A stretch of 63,409 nucleotides of DNA, filler included, from Bigelowiella natans CCMP2755 (taxonomy: Eukaryota; Protista; Cercozoa), in NCBI GenBank assembly GCA_000320545.1. It is 6 parts of 6 records of this genome, joined end to end, with 100 filler letters (N's around TTAATTAATTAA, not from the genome) between each part and the next. Parts side by side here need not be neighbours in the genome. Positions count along the whole stretch, not along the records: positions 26,123 to 53,310 come from ADNK01002250.1; 5 more parts are not named here. One strand, 5' to 3'. Position numbers and translations under genes: made by a program. Positions 33,807 through 47,753 of this stretch are shown here, piece by piece; position 1 is the first letter of the stretch; the number at the start of each line of letters is the position of its first letter. Under the pieces are notes generated by a model. It saw nothing but the letters and a program-made list of their open reading frames with translations. It was not told the DNA's origin and did no database searches.

Positions 33807-35199
33807 ATCCTAAATGATTGTGGAAGATAGAATTATTCTTTATTTCCTCATTACATTAGGCATTATGTATCCACCAGTCATTAGTGAATTATGTCTTATT
33901 TTTGTTGTTGTAAATTACACATTAACATGTAGTATCACGAAGAAGGCATGTATCGCATGTGTGTATCGCCATTAATAAAATATCATAGGCCGCGTGCGCT
34001 AATGATAGACAATGCTAAACACAACATGTACTTGTACGCCCATCACGTCGATCTAGACGTGTACAACGCATGTAATATATGACACATGGCGTGCGTTCGT
34101 CATCTGCAAATTGTGACAATAATATAATTGGCGCTGCTCGATTCTAGCTGCGCGGAATACATGGCGGTCTAGCGGTGCATAACATGCCATGTATATTGAT
34201 ACATGACGTGACATCAGAACGTCATATATTATATACCTGACGCAACACTATCTAGCTATGCATGAAATGCTGGGCAATCGGATATCGATCATATCGATGA
34301 TCATGTCGTAATTTACTGCTACATCCGTCTTGTGCATGACTAGATAGTGAGCTCCTGGTTAGTGTCGTAATGTCATTAATAAGGGCATCTTGACTTGCAC
34401 ATGCATGCGACATATAGAGCATATGACACCGTGAGCGCAATTTACAACACTCTAACAATCCATTATTCAATATATGAGACAGATAACAGCACATCAAGCT
34501 ATGTAGATAGAACAACATTTTGTCAATATATAATATATACATATATATAGCGAGATTGATGTAATGAAATTATTACATTCTTTCAATGGCCATCCTAATG
34601 CATGTAGATAGCTTTGCAACACTGCGATATATATAATGCCCACGTTGTGTTTATCGTTAACTACCGTTAAAAGTGCTGCTATAAATCACAAAAGAGAATA
34701 TAATGATTCCCAAGCATAGTAAGTAGGGTCCCTAATTGCAATGATACAAAATCATAAATGACATGGCGCATTGACTTTGCGGACGTACATGCATTGGGTA
34801 AAGAAAGGCGCTAATACGAATATCTATTTCTGCGCTATGATGAAGTAACGAGTGTGTTTTTGGATTGGACGATTGTAAAACAAGTTAACAATAAAGCAAC
34901 AAAATGATCAGTACTAACATACCCATCGCCGGAACCATAGCTGGACAGTGCTGATATCGTTGAAGTCGCATTGGCACCTGCGTAGCAAGGAATGCAAGTC
35001 ATAAACCACGTAACAAGAGAAGAGTGTGGACCGCAGAATATATAGCCATTCTCCCACTCACCAATAAATAATTGTTTTGTTGAATTAAGAGAGATACAAG
35101 TTGATATTAAATTACAACATGCCTCTATGCAATAACAGCCTCTATAAAATCATCACAATATTCTTAATCTTCGTTTCGTCTCTTTCAACCAACTATCAA

Positions 35200-35459
35200 T
35201 CAAACAATACATTCGGCACATAATACTTGGTTGTAGCACAAACTCACTCTCCCTTGATAAAAGAAATTACACCTTTCAGCGCACGTGGTATTTCCATTCT
35301 CGCAACAACCTCCACAGCCACCGCCTTCGTCACCAGTGTATGCTGCGCCGCTATAACCTCCTGCTGACTGCACTGGCACTGCCCCACCTGGAGAGCTTCC
35401 TGATATTTTTAGGAAGAAGGCAACAGCGAACAATAGCTGGTCATATTTATACTTAAATA

Positions 35460-35501
<42 letters not shown>

Positions 35502-35737
35502 TTGTGTGTATGTGTGTGTTTGGTTGAATAACCTGTTGGCTGATATTGATGGGGGGTTGGTATGTACTGCTGTGGGTGGTGGGCAGAATGGGAGGCTGGT
35601 GCTCCTGCTGGTGTATTATAGTTATTCGCAACATTATACTGCACTGGTGCCTGCATATATCCTCCCCCAGCTTGACCTTGCTGGGAGTAGATCATTTGGT
35701 GTTGGTGTTGGTGAGGGGCTGATGAGACGCCTATTTC
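35200..35737 (-). CDS. Small Gln/Pro/Gly/Tyr-rich protein with Cys-rich C-terminus (5' end uncertain)
   Basis: Exon ...MIYSQQGQAGGGYMQAP...HQYQPT joins in phase across GT-AG intron 35400-35532 to GSSPGG...GCGGCCENGNTTCAERCNFF...LCAECIV*. Confidence 0.55.
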
Positions 35738-36440
35738 CTACATACCCACAGGAAATAATCAATACAGATTTCATCATAATCCAATCCCGGTACGATTGAG
35801 TCAATTCTAAAACTTCAACAAAAATGCGCTGATGAAAGTACTGGATGGGATAGACTTTACACAGACGATACATAGGTAAGATATCTGCCGATGAAACAGA
35901 AAAAACTCATCAACATTATTTTACTTTTCTCTTTCGTCCTCTCGAATTACTTCTCACACACGCCGCCACGATGTCCGAGCTTAATCAAAATGTTTAAACT
36001 CCTTAGCCGTCACCAACCCACAACTACCTACCGCCGCACTCGCGAGAAATACTCCCAGCACAAACCTGGTGTGCATGCACATACGCTGGGGCGTTTGCAG
36101 GGGGCGGTCCTTGCTGTTGCTGCGCCAGCACGCCATACTTGGCGTTGGAATCAGCCATGTGACACGGACAGCTGTGTTGTGCTTTCTTCGAATTAGGTCT
36201 ACCGTGCTTGTTTCCTTGTCGTCGCAGTCCTCTGTTTCCTCGCGATTGCAGGCCGTTTTACATACCGCGACTTAGTCGTTAGCCCATGTCGCAGTGAGCA
36301 AAATCGATCTGCGGATGATGACCCGAGGGATCTGCAGATTTGTGCTCCGTTGCTCATTGTTCATTGCTACGTTGTTCCGTCGATGCCTCATTGCCCAACA
36401 GCAGAGAGCAGTAGCTGGCCGTGATGGTAGCAGCAGTAGC

Positions 36441-36476
<36 letters not shown>

Positions 36477-37157
36477 CGTAGTAGTTGTTGTTGTTGGAGA
36501 AATGGTGGCAGTGGGGTCATTCGGTGCATTCTCCATTGCATTGCCAATGAGAGTGCAATGGCGGCTTTTCTTGTTGTGTTCATGTTTGCTGTCCTCTGAA
36601 GCTGAGCGCCATGCCACCAAGTGCTGTTCGCTACCTCCATTCCAATTTGATGGCAATTTTTCTTGCTGTCTTCTCATGTGCTGTGTGCCAACATGAAACG
36701 CTCACGTCTGTCATGTTTCTTTGTTTGCCTTCTGCATCGTTGCAAATGACATCATTGGTGATTCCACGAATCTGAAAGTGCACTGTTTCATGCCAAAGTC
36801 GCGCGATTGTGCATGCAGCAATTGCAAATTGCACAGCAAGCAGATGTTGACGCTCGAACGAGCTAACGAGGTTCCTCGCTGTGATTTCGCATGCCAGCAC
36901 ATGCAAGAATTACTAGCTCCTGAGCTGGATGCAGCAATGCATGACAAACGTGCATGCCCGAACAAGTGCAGAGTCCACCATCAACGGACGAATGTTAAGA
37001 ACAACAGCCTACAACCAAGCTATGCGAGCAATGAACAAGTTAATTCGGCAAAGAAAGCTACACTGCTGTGCTGAATCTTTACATGATTCATATTTACAAA
37101 ACTACAAGATCCCATAAAATTGAGCCGAGGTTGTTCCTCACATGACGGTGCGAATAG

Positions 37158-38100
37158 CTACATATCGCCTTCTTGGCTTCCAAGTGATGCTAACGTCTCA
37201 TACAGTTCTGGGCATAGGAAAATGGGTTCTCCTGCCTCGATTGAAGCTCTATTTTCATATCGCTTATCCCCTGCACATAATCATCTTAGTTTGCAGTCGC
37301 CGACCGGGAATCATATTCATGGACAACGATAAAATCATCTAGCATGAAGGAGACATGTGTGAAATGAGAATGTAGTAAGTAACCTGGGAGCCTAGGTATG
37401 CTATGGACAAAATCTAAGTCGAGGGAAGAATAAAAATATATAATAGCCATTAGTGCACCTCACTTTCCTGGTGCAGGAGGAAGAAAGGAAGATGAATAAT
37501 CACACACTGTTGCGAAGATTGCTTGGGCTTGTGCTGGTTTCAGATTACAGCAATGGTGATGCACTCTATAGTCAACGCCAGCATAATATGCTACTTTCAT
37601 GTTTTTTTAAGGATAGAGCACTACCATTCTGCTCGTCGTAGGTGTCCATATCCAGAGTTGACTTCACCTGTTAATGCCAAAACCAAAAGCAATACGATCA
37701 TCTAAGGCACACCCACACACACGCACACACAAACACAAACGCACTCACGCGCACAGTAAATATATTATGCTCCAAATCTTTGCCAACTTAACGATACAGT
37801 CTAATGCTGCTGCTGGTGATGAGAGTGATTCTACGGAAAGGGCCTGATGTGTGACCTTGACATCCTCTATTTTCCCCTCCCCTGACCGCATATGCTCGAA
37901 TAACAATTCAGCTCTTGCACTAGCAGTCATTCCTTGGATAACAAACAAGCAAACTGTCACTTTTGCTTATGGCGATGAGGCCCAGTAGTAGAGATAAGAC
38001 AGAGGTATGAGCAAAACAGCAAAGAGGCATAACTCCATTCTTCAGAGGGGTTCGGCTCCCGTTCCACGCAAATGGGATTTGATATTTATCATATATGCAT

Positions 38101-38171
<71 letters not shown>

Positions 38172-39043
38172 CCTGCTATCACGATCGCAATGTGGGGAGA
38201 GTGCTTGAGCTGATGGTGTGGTTGGCAGCATGCTGCGGCTGGGTTGGGTACCTCCCGGAAAGAACTCAGGAGAAAGAGCCAAAAAAACCTTTACACCACC
38301 AGTTTTAGCGAGTGGCTATTATTCACGGAAACTGTACTTCATAGATCATCGAAGATCTCCTATATTGAATTGATAGCATTAATTCCCCCCCTCCCCCCTT
38401 TTTCTTTTTGGGGGGGGGGAGGAAAATGAACTCCTAATACATTCTCATAGTAGTTTTAATAACATATTTTTTGAAGTATTCGGTATTGGCAAACAGCATC
38501 CTCCTCCTCCTCCCTCCCCCCCCCCTCTCATTCTCCTTATATTGTTCAGAATAGACCATTCCACGGTCCATAGATGCTAGATCCGCCTCCACCCCTCCCC
38601 CTATTATACCACACACCGAGCGTTAAATAAAGATTGCAGACGTGACAGGAAAGCAAAATGCGCGGAGAAATCATTTCAGTATGGGGTGATAGTGATGAGG
38701 ACGATAGTGCCATCAAAGCACAATAAATACCTTTTGTTGTTGTTGGAGACGAGAAAGTGTCTGTCTCTTCTCCTTCTGCGCCGGGTGCTTTTACGGTCTC
38801 AAACGCCATATTTCCTCCTGCAAATACAGCAGTAGTAGCATTAGTAGCAGTAGTAGTAGCAATAGGAGTTGTAGTAGTAGTAGTAGTAGTAGTAAAGAAG
38901 GTGATGAACACCACCGCGACAACAGCAAAATACAACAGAATACAGAAGTTCCTCTCATCACACTACCTGCCAGCAAGGACAGAAGCTCGACCATTAGCGC
39001 TACATTCGCCCCTGATGCATGTAGAAGACATTGGTATGATTGA

Positions 39044-39082
<39 letters not shown>

Positions 39083-39459
39083 CGCATGCATGATGACTCG
39101 TTATATAATCGTCGTTTTCCAATTAAGCAGCCCTCCTCCCTCCTCCTCCTCCTCACCCTCACCCTCACCCTTTTGGCCTCCAAAGGGCAACATAGCACCG
39201 CTGAGCCCTTTGGAAGGGTCTTGCACATGCCTATCTCGTACGTAACAAACGACCCAAGAGGGGGGTAGGAAGGGGGGTGAGAAGAATAGGCGCCCCTCAG
39301 CAAATAGACAAGAAAATTTTGTTTGTTACTCAGATGAAGAAGGAGGACAAGGAGAAGAAGGAGAAAGTTACCAAACTAGATGGATGAGAAGAAATGCTAC
39401 ATATATACTTGTATAGCACTGCGTGTAGTGTCACAATGTTTATGATGATGATGGTGATA

Positions 39460-39491
<32 letters not shown>

Positions 39492-39969
39492 CTTTGTGTA
39501 TTATGGTTATTTTGTATCCTCCCCAATTTCCTACCTTCCAAGGTCATCAACAGCAGCCTTTGGAGGGAGGGGTTGCTGTTCTCCAACCACACTCGCCAAT
39601 CGCTCCATTGCCCCTAATCATGTAGACATAATGGCAAGATCATCATCATCATCATTATCATCATCATTATCATCATCACCACCATCTGCACGCTTTTTTT
39701 TCTTCTCCACCCCTCCACCTTAAGGCCGACCAATATCCATAGCAATGCCATCAGAAAATATGTGCTCTTTCACACATTACCTCGAGACATAACGGACGAC
39801 GCCTACACCGAGCATCAAGAAGGGACAGAGCGAATAAGGGGAATAGGAGGAGGGAGAGGAGGAGGAGGAGGAGGAGGAGGAGGAGGAGGAGGAGGAGAAG
39901 GAGGAGGAAGTGGAATCACTACAGCAGCAGCAATTATAAATGTTAAGGATATTTACTTTGGGAGGAGAT

Positions 39970-40007
<38 letters not shown>

Positions 40008-40095
40008 CACCTGGTCAAACACCATTGGAGGTTTCCCCCTTCTAGGCCATCCAAAGCCTACATCGCAACACACACAGCAACACACAAACACACAC

Positions 40096-40153
<58 letters not shown>

Positions 40154-42694
40154 GAAATCACATCGTTCAGCAGCTGTGTGTATGTTGTTGTATTTGAGTG
40201 AGGCACCTAGCGGATTAGTGCCTAAGAGGCGTTTTCTAGAGCCTGGGACAACACACAAGTGAATAGACGATGACAACAGTGCTAACAACAATAACGACGA
40301 AGACGAAGGTGCAAGTTAATGAAGAAACCGGGCCAAGCAACGTAAGCAGGGGTATTGCACAGTCCAACCGCGATAAGACCCGTAGATGATATCTGAGCGT
40401 TGTCATACCGAGGAGGGGGGGGAGAGGGGGAGGAGGGGAATGGATTGAAGTGGGAGCTCGGTCATGCTGAGTATTCTAACACAACGGTAACAAAGATAAT
40501 AGTACTTGCTCTAGTGGCGACCAAAGAGTGCCTGGATGTGTCAAGAAAAGCATCACAATATAATAGTTAGTTTCTCTAGAGGAAGCAACACATTCAGGCG
40601 TTATCAGGCAGTGTACAGTAAATACCAGAATATCTCATAAATCGGTTATTTACGAGAATTATCATCATTTTTTATTGTGTGGAGTATTTTGATTTTGATT
40701 CCGCTTGAGGAGACTTGCATAGTGACTATCATTATCATCTCCATCAGCAAGACCGCTATCCCTATATTTGCGCCACTATTTTGACCGCACCATTCACACA
40801 ATCAAAGGGGGGAGGGGCAGACAGCAATAGCTAGCAGTAGCTAATGGCATTAGATGACCAGTACCTAAAATCCCACGGCAGTTGCTGATTGTCAGGATGC
40901 AGATGCCATTCTCCCAAGCCTTGATCGATGTTTATGATAATGATGGTGATGATGGTGATGGGGATGATAAGAATGATGATGATGCATTTGTGGGGACGAT
41001 ATATTTACCGTATCTATGAGCTGTGGAATTGCCAAGTGCAAGCATGGCTGGGCGAACCCCCCTCCTCCATCCGCCTGGCCAATATGTATTGTTTCAACAG
41101 TGCGGATCTCTCTCACATTCATTCTGCATGCACAATGACAGTCCTTCGTGCACGCACACCTTGATGATTGTGTCTGTTGTTTCCTCAATAATAGGCTCTG
41201 CTGTTCCAGCTGCTGTACCTTAAAGGGAAAAGAGTATTGTGCGCGAAAAATTGTCAAGGAATATTAGCAAGGGGAGGAGGAGAGAGGGAGGAGGGACAAA
41301 ATTAGAATGAAGAAGAATTCCAAAGATGGGATATTAAAGATGGGAAAACCACAAAAAAGGTATAGAAACTATTTGAATTAGGTAGAAGAGAGGAGGGGGT
41401 ACTGATGGGAATAACTGAAGGCCTATCAGCAATCATCTTATTTCAACTCAAAACCCATGCTGTATATGTTATGGAGGTCTCCGCACCCGTTGCTAGCATG
41501 GAGCAAAATATTTCCAATCGGCGAACCTGATCGATGATACGGAATTTGTTGCGAAATTGCTTCAGCTGCTTTCATGCTAACTTCTATCATTTTCTCATGT
41601 TCTATTATCACTATTACTAGTACTACTGCTCCTCTACCCCATGGTCTTTAGCCCCATCTCTCTCAGCTTTGCACAGTTCATCCGCAATCGACTGCAGCAA
41701 TCACGATCATCGGTCACCGTTGCCATCACAAACAGCAAATAATAACATAATATCAGCATCATAATTTTTCTTGAGAAAAAACCTCTCATCATTAATAATG
41801 GTCATTGAGATTCATCATATGACGAAAATACGTTATGTCGACAACAAAGCCATAAAATTGAAAATTGTAAAAGAACGTCTAAGAGGAGGAAAGGGGAGAG
41901 GGAGGAGGAAGAATTTCATTCGCATAATCAAAGTATTTGTAGCCACCGATGATTCAAACACGCTACCCGATTCACCTCCTCCTATTGCCGACTTGCAGTG
42001 AGGTGATAATGGAAAATGCTGGTGCTTTATTGTGTGTCGCCATAACATGTTGTTGGAAATCAGCATCGTCAAAGTAAGGATTACCAACGCCACGAATTCT
42101 GAAGCTCCGTGTTTCATCAATGCACGGCTGCCCCAGAAAGTAAAAAATAAATCTCGTTGAATATATCAAGTATTATATATCAACAAGAATTGATGACAGA
42201 CCTCACGGTTTCCCTTAGAGACCCATAGCTTATTGCCACAGGCTATAGTAGGATATTCGTCCACAGATGTGATCAAAATAATCAATAGCATAGGCATACA
42301 GCTGATAGCGTTGGTTTTTTGAATTTTAGGACAATTTAGTATGAATCTACCTTCTCTATTTCCCCGAATGCTGATGTGGTGCCAAGCTTCCTCCTCCACA
42401 GGGCATTGTTTATCTAGGAGGAATGATGATCTACGTGATATGGCTCCGCCAAACATGAACATTTCGCAGAATTTCCTCGAATTAAATTTCAACCCCGCTC
42501 ATTAGCCTGCTCTTCACCATCATGCAATTTATTTTTTTAACGTACGCGTTTGAATGAAGCAAGGAGCACGCCCCTCCTCCGTGCACACAACGAGACCATG
42601 CTCCGGGTGGCGCGTGGCGTAGTCCTGCTCTGATTGAAGACTTTAGATCCAACCATGCTCCTAGCTTCTTGCTCTCATTTTCATTCTGCGACAT
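37158..42694 (-). CDS. Ldh_2-family NAD(P)H oxidoreductase (DpkA/ComC-like), roughly 20 exons; start uncertain
   Basis: Spliced motifs CRALMKHGAS, KAERDGAKDHG-VRRL, ADGGGGFAQP, GTLWSPLEQ, GLIAVGLCNTPAYVAWPG, LLGTNPLGFGWP...PMVFDQASSVMSRG, MLPFGGQKGANVALMVELLS, VRLPGDKRY. Confidence 0.9.
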
Positions 42695-42956
42695 GTAATA
42701 TACGGGAAACCAAATAGAAAATCATGGGGTTCTTGCATTCGTAAACTTTAAGTGTGTTTCACGTATCTCTTACCAGCTGGTGCTCATACAGGTTTTAGGT
42801 TCCGAAGAAGGAGCTTCTGGATCCCGAAATCGAATCGCAGTTTGTGTTTACCACGGATATCATTCCTGCGACATGGGAATTCGGTTGTCGCTATATTAAC
42901 GCGTCATGTTTTTCTTTCCTATCTTGCTCACTTGCGAAATCGATCGCTATCGGAAA

Positions 42957-45016
42957 ATGGAGTCGCAAATGAGAACCGAGGTGCCTTCGTGTAAAGCATA
43001 CTGCTTTCACTATCAGAGAGATTTGTTGCCAAGAAGAAGGAATCCGCTCGTTACTGAAGAGAGTTTTGGGATATGCAGGAGGACGATAAGACGGGAGAGT
43101 CAGGGTCAGGACAGAGCTCGCAGAAAGGGGCTGCTGACTCCAAGATCGAAGGTGTTGTCAACATATGAGGGAGGGAAGGAGGGAGGGAAGGAGGGAGGGG
43201 GCATCTTGTAACGAATTGGAACATTGTTCTTCCCTGTGTTTATAATTTGTAGAGGATGAAGAGATGCAGGAAGCAATTCACTTCTGCGACATCCTCAAAG
43301 CTTATGCAAACTACGCGACGCACTGCTTTCAATTGGTACGATTGACTTCGTCGAGACTGCCTCTTCCCATATGCCACTCTTGTTGCCCACTCCTCTCTGG
43401 TTATCGCCGTGTGTTATCATAATCAATGTCTTCCGGGGTGATCTACTGCGCCTTCATCGAGGATTTATGAAACGAAAGCAGACATTACCCATCGAGACAA
43501 CATTTGTTACCTTTTATCAGTTCAATCGTTTGGAGTCCGATTTTCGATCGATACCGAAGATTCAGCAAGCTCTTGTTCCCAGTACAGTACTCTTTCATCG
43601 ATAGATGATCATCCTAACGAACCTATTGCGCGACATCAATGACAACCGACTTCCTTCCTCTGGCCATTTCTTTCTTTCATACCAGGTTTCGAGAAAAAAC
43701 TGAGGACGATGAAGGCGTGTGTGGGAGCAAACCAGTTCTTTGTAAGGAAAATCCTGAACGAACGAGTAATATTATTGACATGTTGATTTTCCGTGGAATA
43801 CTGTTCTTGGAGCCTTGTCATCGGTCCTTAGTGTTTTGTTACTCTTCTTCTTCTTCTTCTTCTTCTTCTTCCATTTCTCGTTTGTGACGGTAACGATTCT
43901 TTATTGTTGTTTATTCTTGCGTCTGATCATCGCACAGCGTGTCTTCATGAATTCGGATACAATTAACTACGATTGGGTCATGAGGAAAAACCGACCTCCA
44001 ACCCCAGGTCTATTAACATCATCATCAACTTGAAGAAGAAGAAGAAGAAGAAGAAGAAGAAGAAGACGTAAAATGGTGTTCGTGGGATGGAGGAGCTGTT
44101 GCTTGTTATTTCGCCAATACGTGTACTACTACTACTACTACCAGTACTTATGTATTACCTCTCTACTTTCTCCACAACCATGATGACGTTCGTTGTGCGT
44201 GTATGATGATGATGGCCTCCTCCTGATGACGTTGTGTATGACCTTCCTCCTCAGGGAATATGGAAAAGGTGCTGAGCACGTTGAAGCAATGTGTTAGAGA
44301 CTGGAGGTACTCTTTGTGCGATGTCCTCTTTCCAATATCTCTTCTTCTTCTTCTTCTTCTTCTTCTTCTTTCCATTCATAATCCATTTGCTCATCCTTTC
44401 ACAGCGAGGAAGGAAAAGAGGAGCGAGCGATGTGTTATGGGCCGATTCTGTCTGAGATAAAGAAATGTAATATTATAGTACAAAGGGCAGCAGCAACACG
44501 GGAATCAAAATGAACATGTCTACACATCTCACTCCTCTTTACCCCCCCTCCTTTCAATCAACAACCCCCAACGCCTTGTTAGTCTTTTACCTACCCATCA
44601 TTCTCACTATTGTTGTTCTTGTTGTTATTAGTATCATTAGTTATTGTCATTACTAATAACTATTGTCATCATTTGTCGCTGTTGTACTAGTATTCCCCAA
44701 GCCGAGCACGAAGATAAGGATGTTGGTGCCAGGATGCGGGATGTCTCGCCTTGTTTGGGAAATAGCAAATGCAGGTTCACATGAATCATCATCATCATCA
44801 TCCTCATCACCATTTGTCGGTTCACATGAATCATCATCATCATCATCCTCATCCTCATCATCATCATCCTCATCACCATTTGTCGTTGATTGGAATATCT
44901 TCACTATATAATGTGTATCTCTCTACACCGTACAGGGTTTCATGCCCAGGGCAATGAGTTCTCTTATTTTATGCTGCTTTGCTCCTTCCTCATCCTCAAC
45001 TGCACAAAGAAAGTGA

Positions 45017-45048
<32 letters not shown>

Positions 45049-45507
45049 TGAATAGTAATAGTAGTAGTAGCAGTAATGATAGCAATGCGTAGCCAGGCGA
45101 CGATGATAGCAACGAAAGGGCGAAAATGATAGTGAATGCACAACGCGCACACTCCTCAATCACTACTACTACTCCTACCATCAGGCCGCTGTATATCAGC
45201 TGTTTCCGTACATCCATCAAACGCAAAATCAATATTCTCCAAGAGGGCAGCTAACGTAGGGAGTATTATTTATTCCCCGCTGATTCATCAACGGCGTCTT
45301 ATGCGTGCAACAACATCATTTGTTAGAGACAGACCATCAACGGCGTCTTATGCGTGCAACAACATCATTTGTTAGAGACAGACCGTCAATGGTGTCTTAT
45401 GCGTGCAACAACATTTTTGTAAGCGACAGACCATCAATGGCTGTTTTCGTTATTCGTTTCACCCTTCACGTTCCCCCTCCTCCTCCTCTCCAAGTCTTAT
45501 CATCATC

Positions 45508-45545
<38 letters not shown>

Positions 45546-46675
45546 AATCATAGTCCACATGCATACCCAAACAGGCGTGTACTGGTGCCGGACGTGGACC
45601 CTTCAACTATCCCCGATTCGTCGTTATCCATGGTAGTAAAGTAACCCCCCCCTTCAACTATATCCCCAATTCTTCGTTATCCATATGGTAGTAGTATGAT
45701 AATGATGATGATGATGATGATGATGACGACGATGATGATGAGGATGATGAGGATGATGGTAGTGATGATGGTGATGGTGGTGAGTTTAGACTAGGTACGG
45801 CCCTATTGTCGATGTTGGGTGTTATCGCATTCATCATTGTCTTGTTGCCCAGAATGCAGGCGATTTCCAGGAAATATACGAAGAACAAGTAGAGGTGTGT
45901 ATGATAAGTGCTCACCGACGATGATCTCACCATTCATTTCTATCATATTCGTCGTTGTCCTCGATTCGAGAGGGGGGGGTTAACGATTGGCCATAACGTC
46001 AGCAGATTACAATATATTGTGCTGCTGCTATTACCCTGTACATACGCACTTCTAATGATACTGCAATGAAGGAAGATTGAAAGCCAGCGGAGGACGATGA
46101 GCTTTTCCTCCTCCTCCTCCTCCTCCTCCTTGATATTTTCCTTCTTGTCGTAATGCTTTCCGCTACTTACTACCTGCGAGAATGAACGGCACTGGTGAAC
46201 ATATAATACATATAAAGGTGTATATTAATCATATTATCAGGAGTGGGATTGCGTGGCGACTTGCTTCTTCATTGACACGGCCAACAACGTTATTGTACGT
46301 TCATCCGCCGTAGCTACAACAACAACAACTACTACTACTACTACTACTACTACTCATGCCATCACGTAGGATAAGCTTGGGTGATACAGGAATACAACAG
46401 AATTTGATGTCGTTGCTCATATGTCATCAAACACACAATAAATGGTGACAACAACAACGGCAATAATATTAGTGATGATTAATGATGATGATAATGATAG
46501 TTGCAATAACAACAACAGGAGTATATCCGCCTGATCTCGCAACTGCTGAAAGTCGGAGGATACTGGGTCAACTTCGGCCCCTTGCTGTACCATTACTCTG
46601 GGATGAGAAACGAGATATCGGTAGAGCTCTCCTGGGAGGAGGTAAGAGTAGCAGTAGCACCACCACCACCACCAC

Positions 46676-46707
<32 letters not shown>

Positions 46708-46716
46708 ATAGTAGTA

Positions 46717-46762
<46 letters not shown>

Positions 46763-47689
46763 GAAGAAAAAGAAAGGAAGGAGACATTGCATACAGCTGA
46801 GAAATGATGGCGGGTGTTTTAGTAAGTCAGAAAGCTAAGGGTGGTTACTCTTCTTGCTCGTACGTTATGCTGTCCACGATCATCCTCCCCCTCCCCGTCC
46901 TCCTCATTACTGTTGATATATCTTCAGATAAGAGCATGCTTAAAGCACTACAACCTCAAATTGGTCGGTGAAACTGCTGCTGCTACCACCATCATCTTCA
47001 TCATCATCATCATCATTATCATCATCATCATCATCATCATCATCATTATCATCACTATCATCATCATCATCATCATTATTATCATCATCATCATTATCAT
47101 CATCATCATCATCATCATCATTATCATCACTATCATCACTATCATCATCATCATCATCATTATCATCATCATCATCATTAAGGTTCGAGAGGAGAGGTGC
47201 AAGCCAGCGACGTACTGCTTTAATAAGCAAGGTGCGATCATCTTGATGTTGACGCTGATGATGATGATGATGCTGATGATGATTGCTAGGATGAGGGCCA
47301 TTTCTCTGCTAATGATGATATGCTCGTAATTATTATTAATCATAACGATATCATCATCCTCCTCCTTCTTATCATCAACATCATCATCACTCATCACCAT
47401 GATGAAATCTATGTAGGAATGATGAAGAACGAGTACTCGTGCGTATCTACAACATGCGTTAAGGTGAGCTTGGGATGCTAGTGTCGGACTGCATGTGAAT
47501 ATTATGTACGCTGGTGGTGTTGGTAAGAGTGCTGATTGTGATTATGATAGCCGCCGCATTTCTCACACTCTATGGGAGGTTGTTGCAATTTTAAGTCGTT
47601 GCTGACTATCATGCTTCTCGCCTCTTTCAGATAGGGAAGACACCTAAGGAAAAGCCCGCGCCACGATTCCAAGCGTTGGTCAATAGAGG

Positions 47690-47723
<34 letters not shown>

Positions 47724-47753
47724 GAGACTTATTTTTGCCAACCGTGTAAGTGA
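42957..47753 (+). CDS. CARNMT1: Carnosine N-methyltransferase (N2227 family), many exons
   Basis: [108 protein letters not shown]. Confidence 0.94.
45286..45440 (+). repeat. 49-bp intronic tandem repeat x~3
   Basis: catcaacggcgtcttatgcgtgcaacaacatcatttgttagagacagac repeated head-to-tail, third copy diverged; no spacers. Confidence 0.9.
46990..47178. repeat. Long imperfect (ATC)n microsatellite filling an intron
   Basis: About 60 ATC/ATT/ACT units between two CARNMT1 exons. Confidence 0.9.

Noticed and set aside
45286-45440. CRISPR-like array
   Set aside because: Head-to-tail 49-bp units without unique spacers, inside a eukaryotic intron, with no cas genes.
46841-47400. Poly-Ile/Met/Asp/Ser ORFs (also YIYI, THTH and RERE ORFs elsewhere)
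   Set aside because: Translations of intronic microsatellites.
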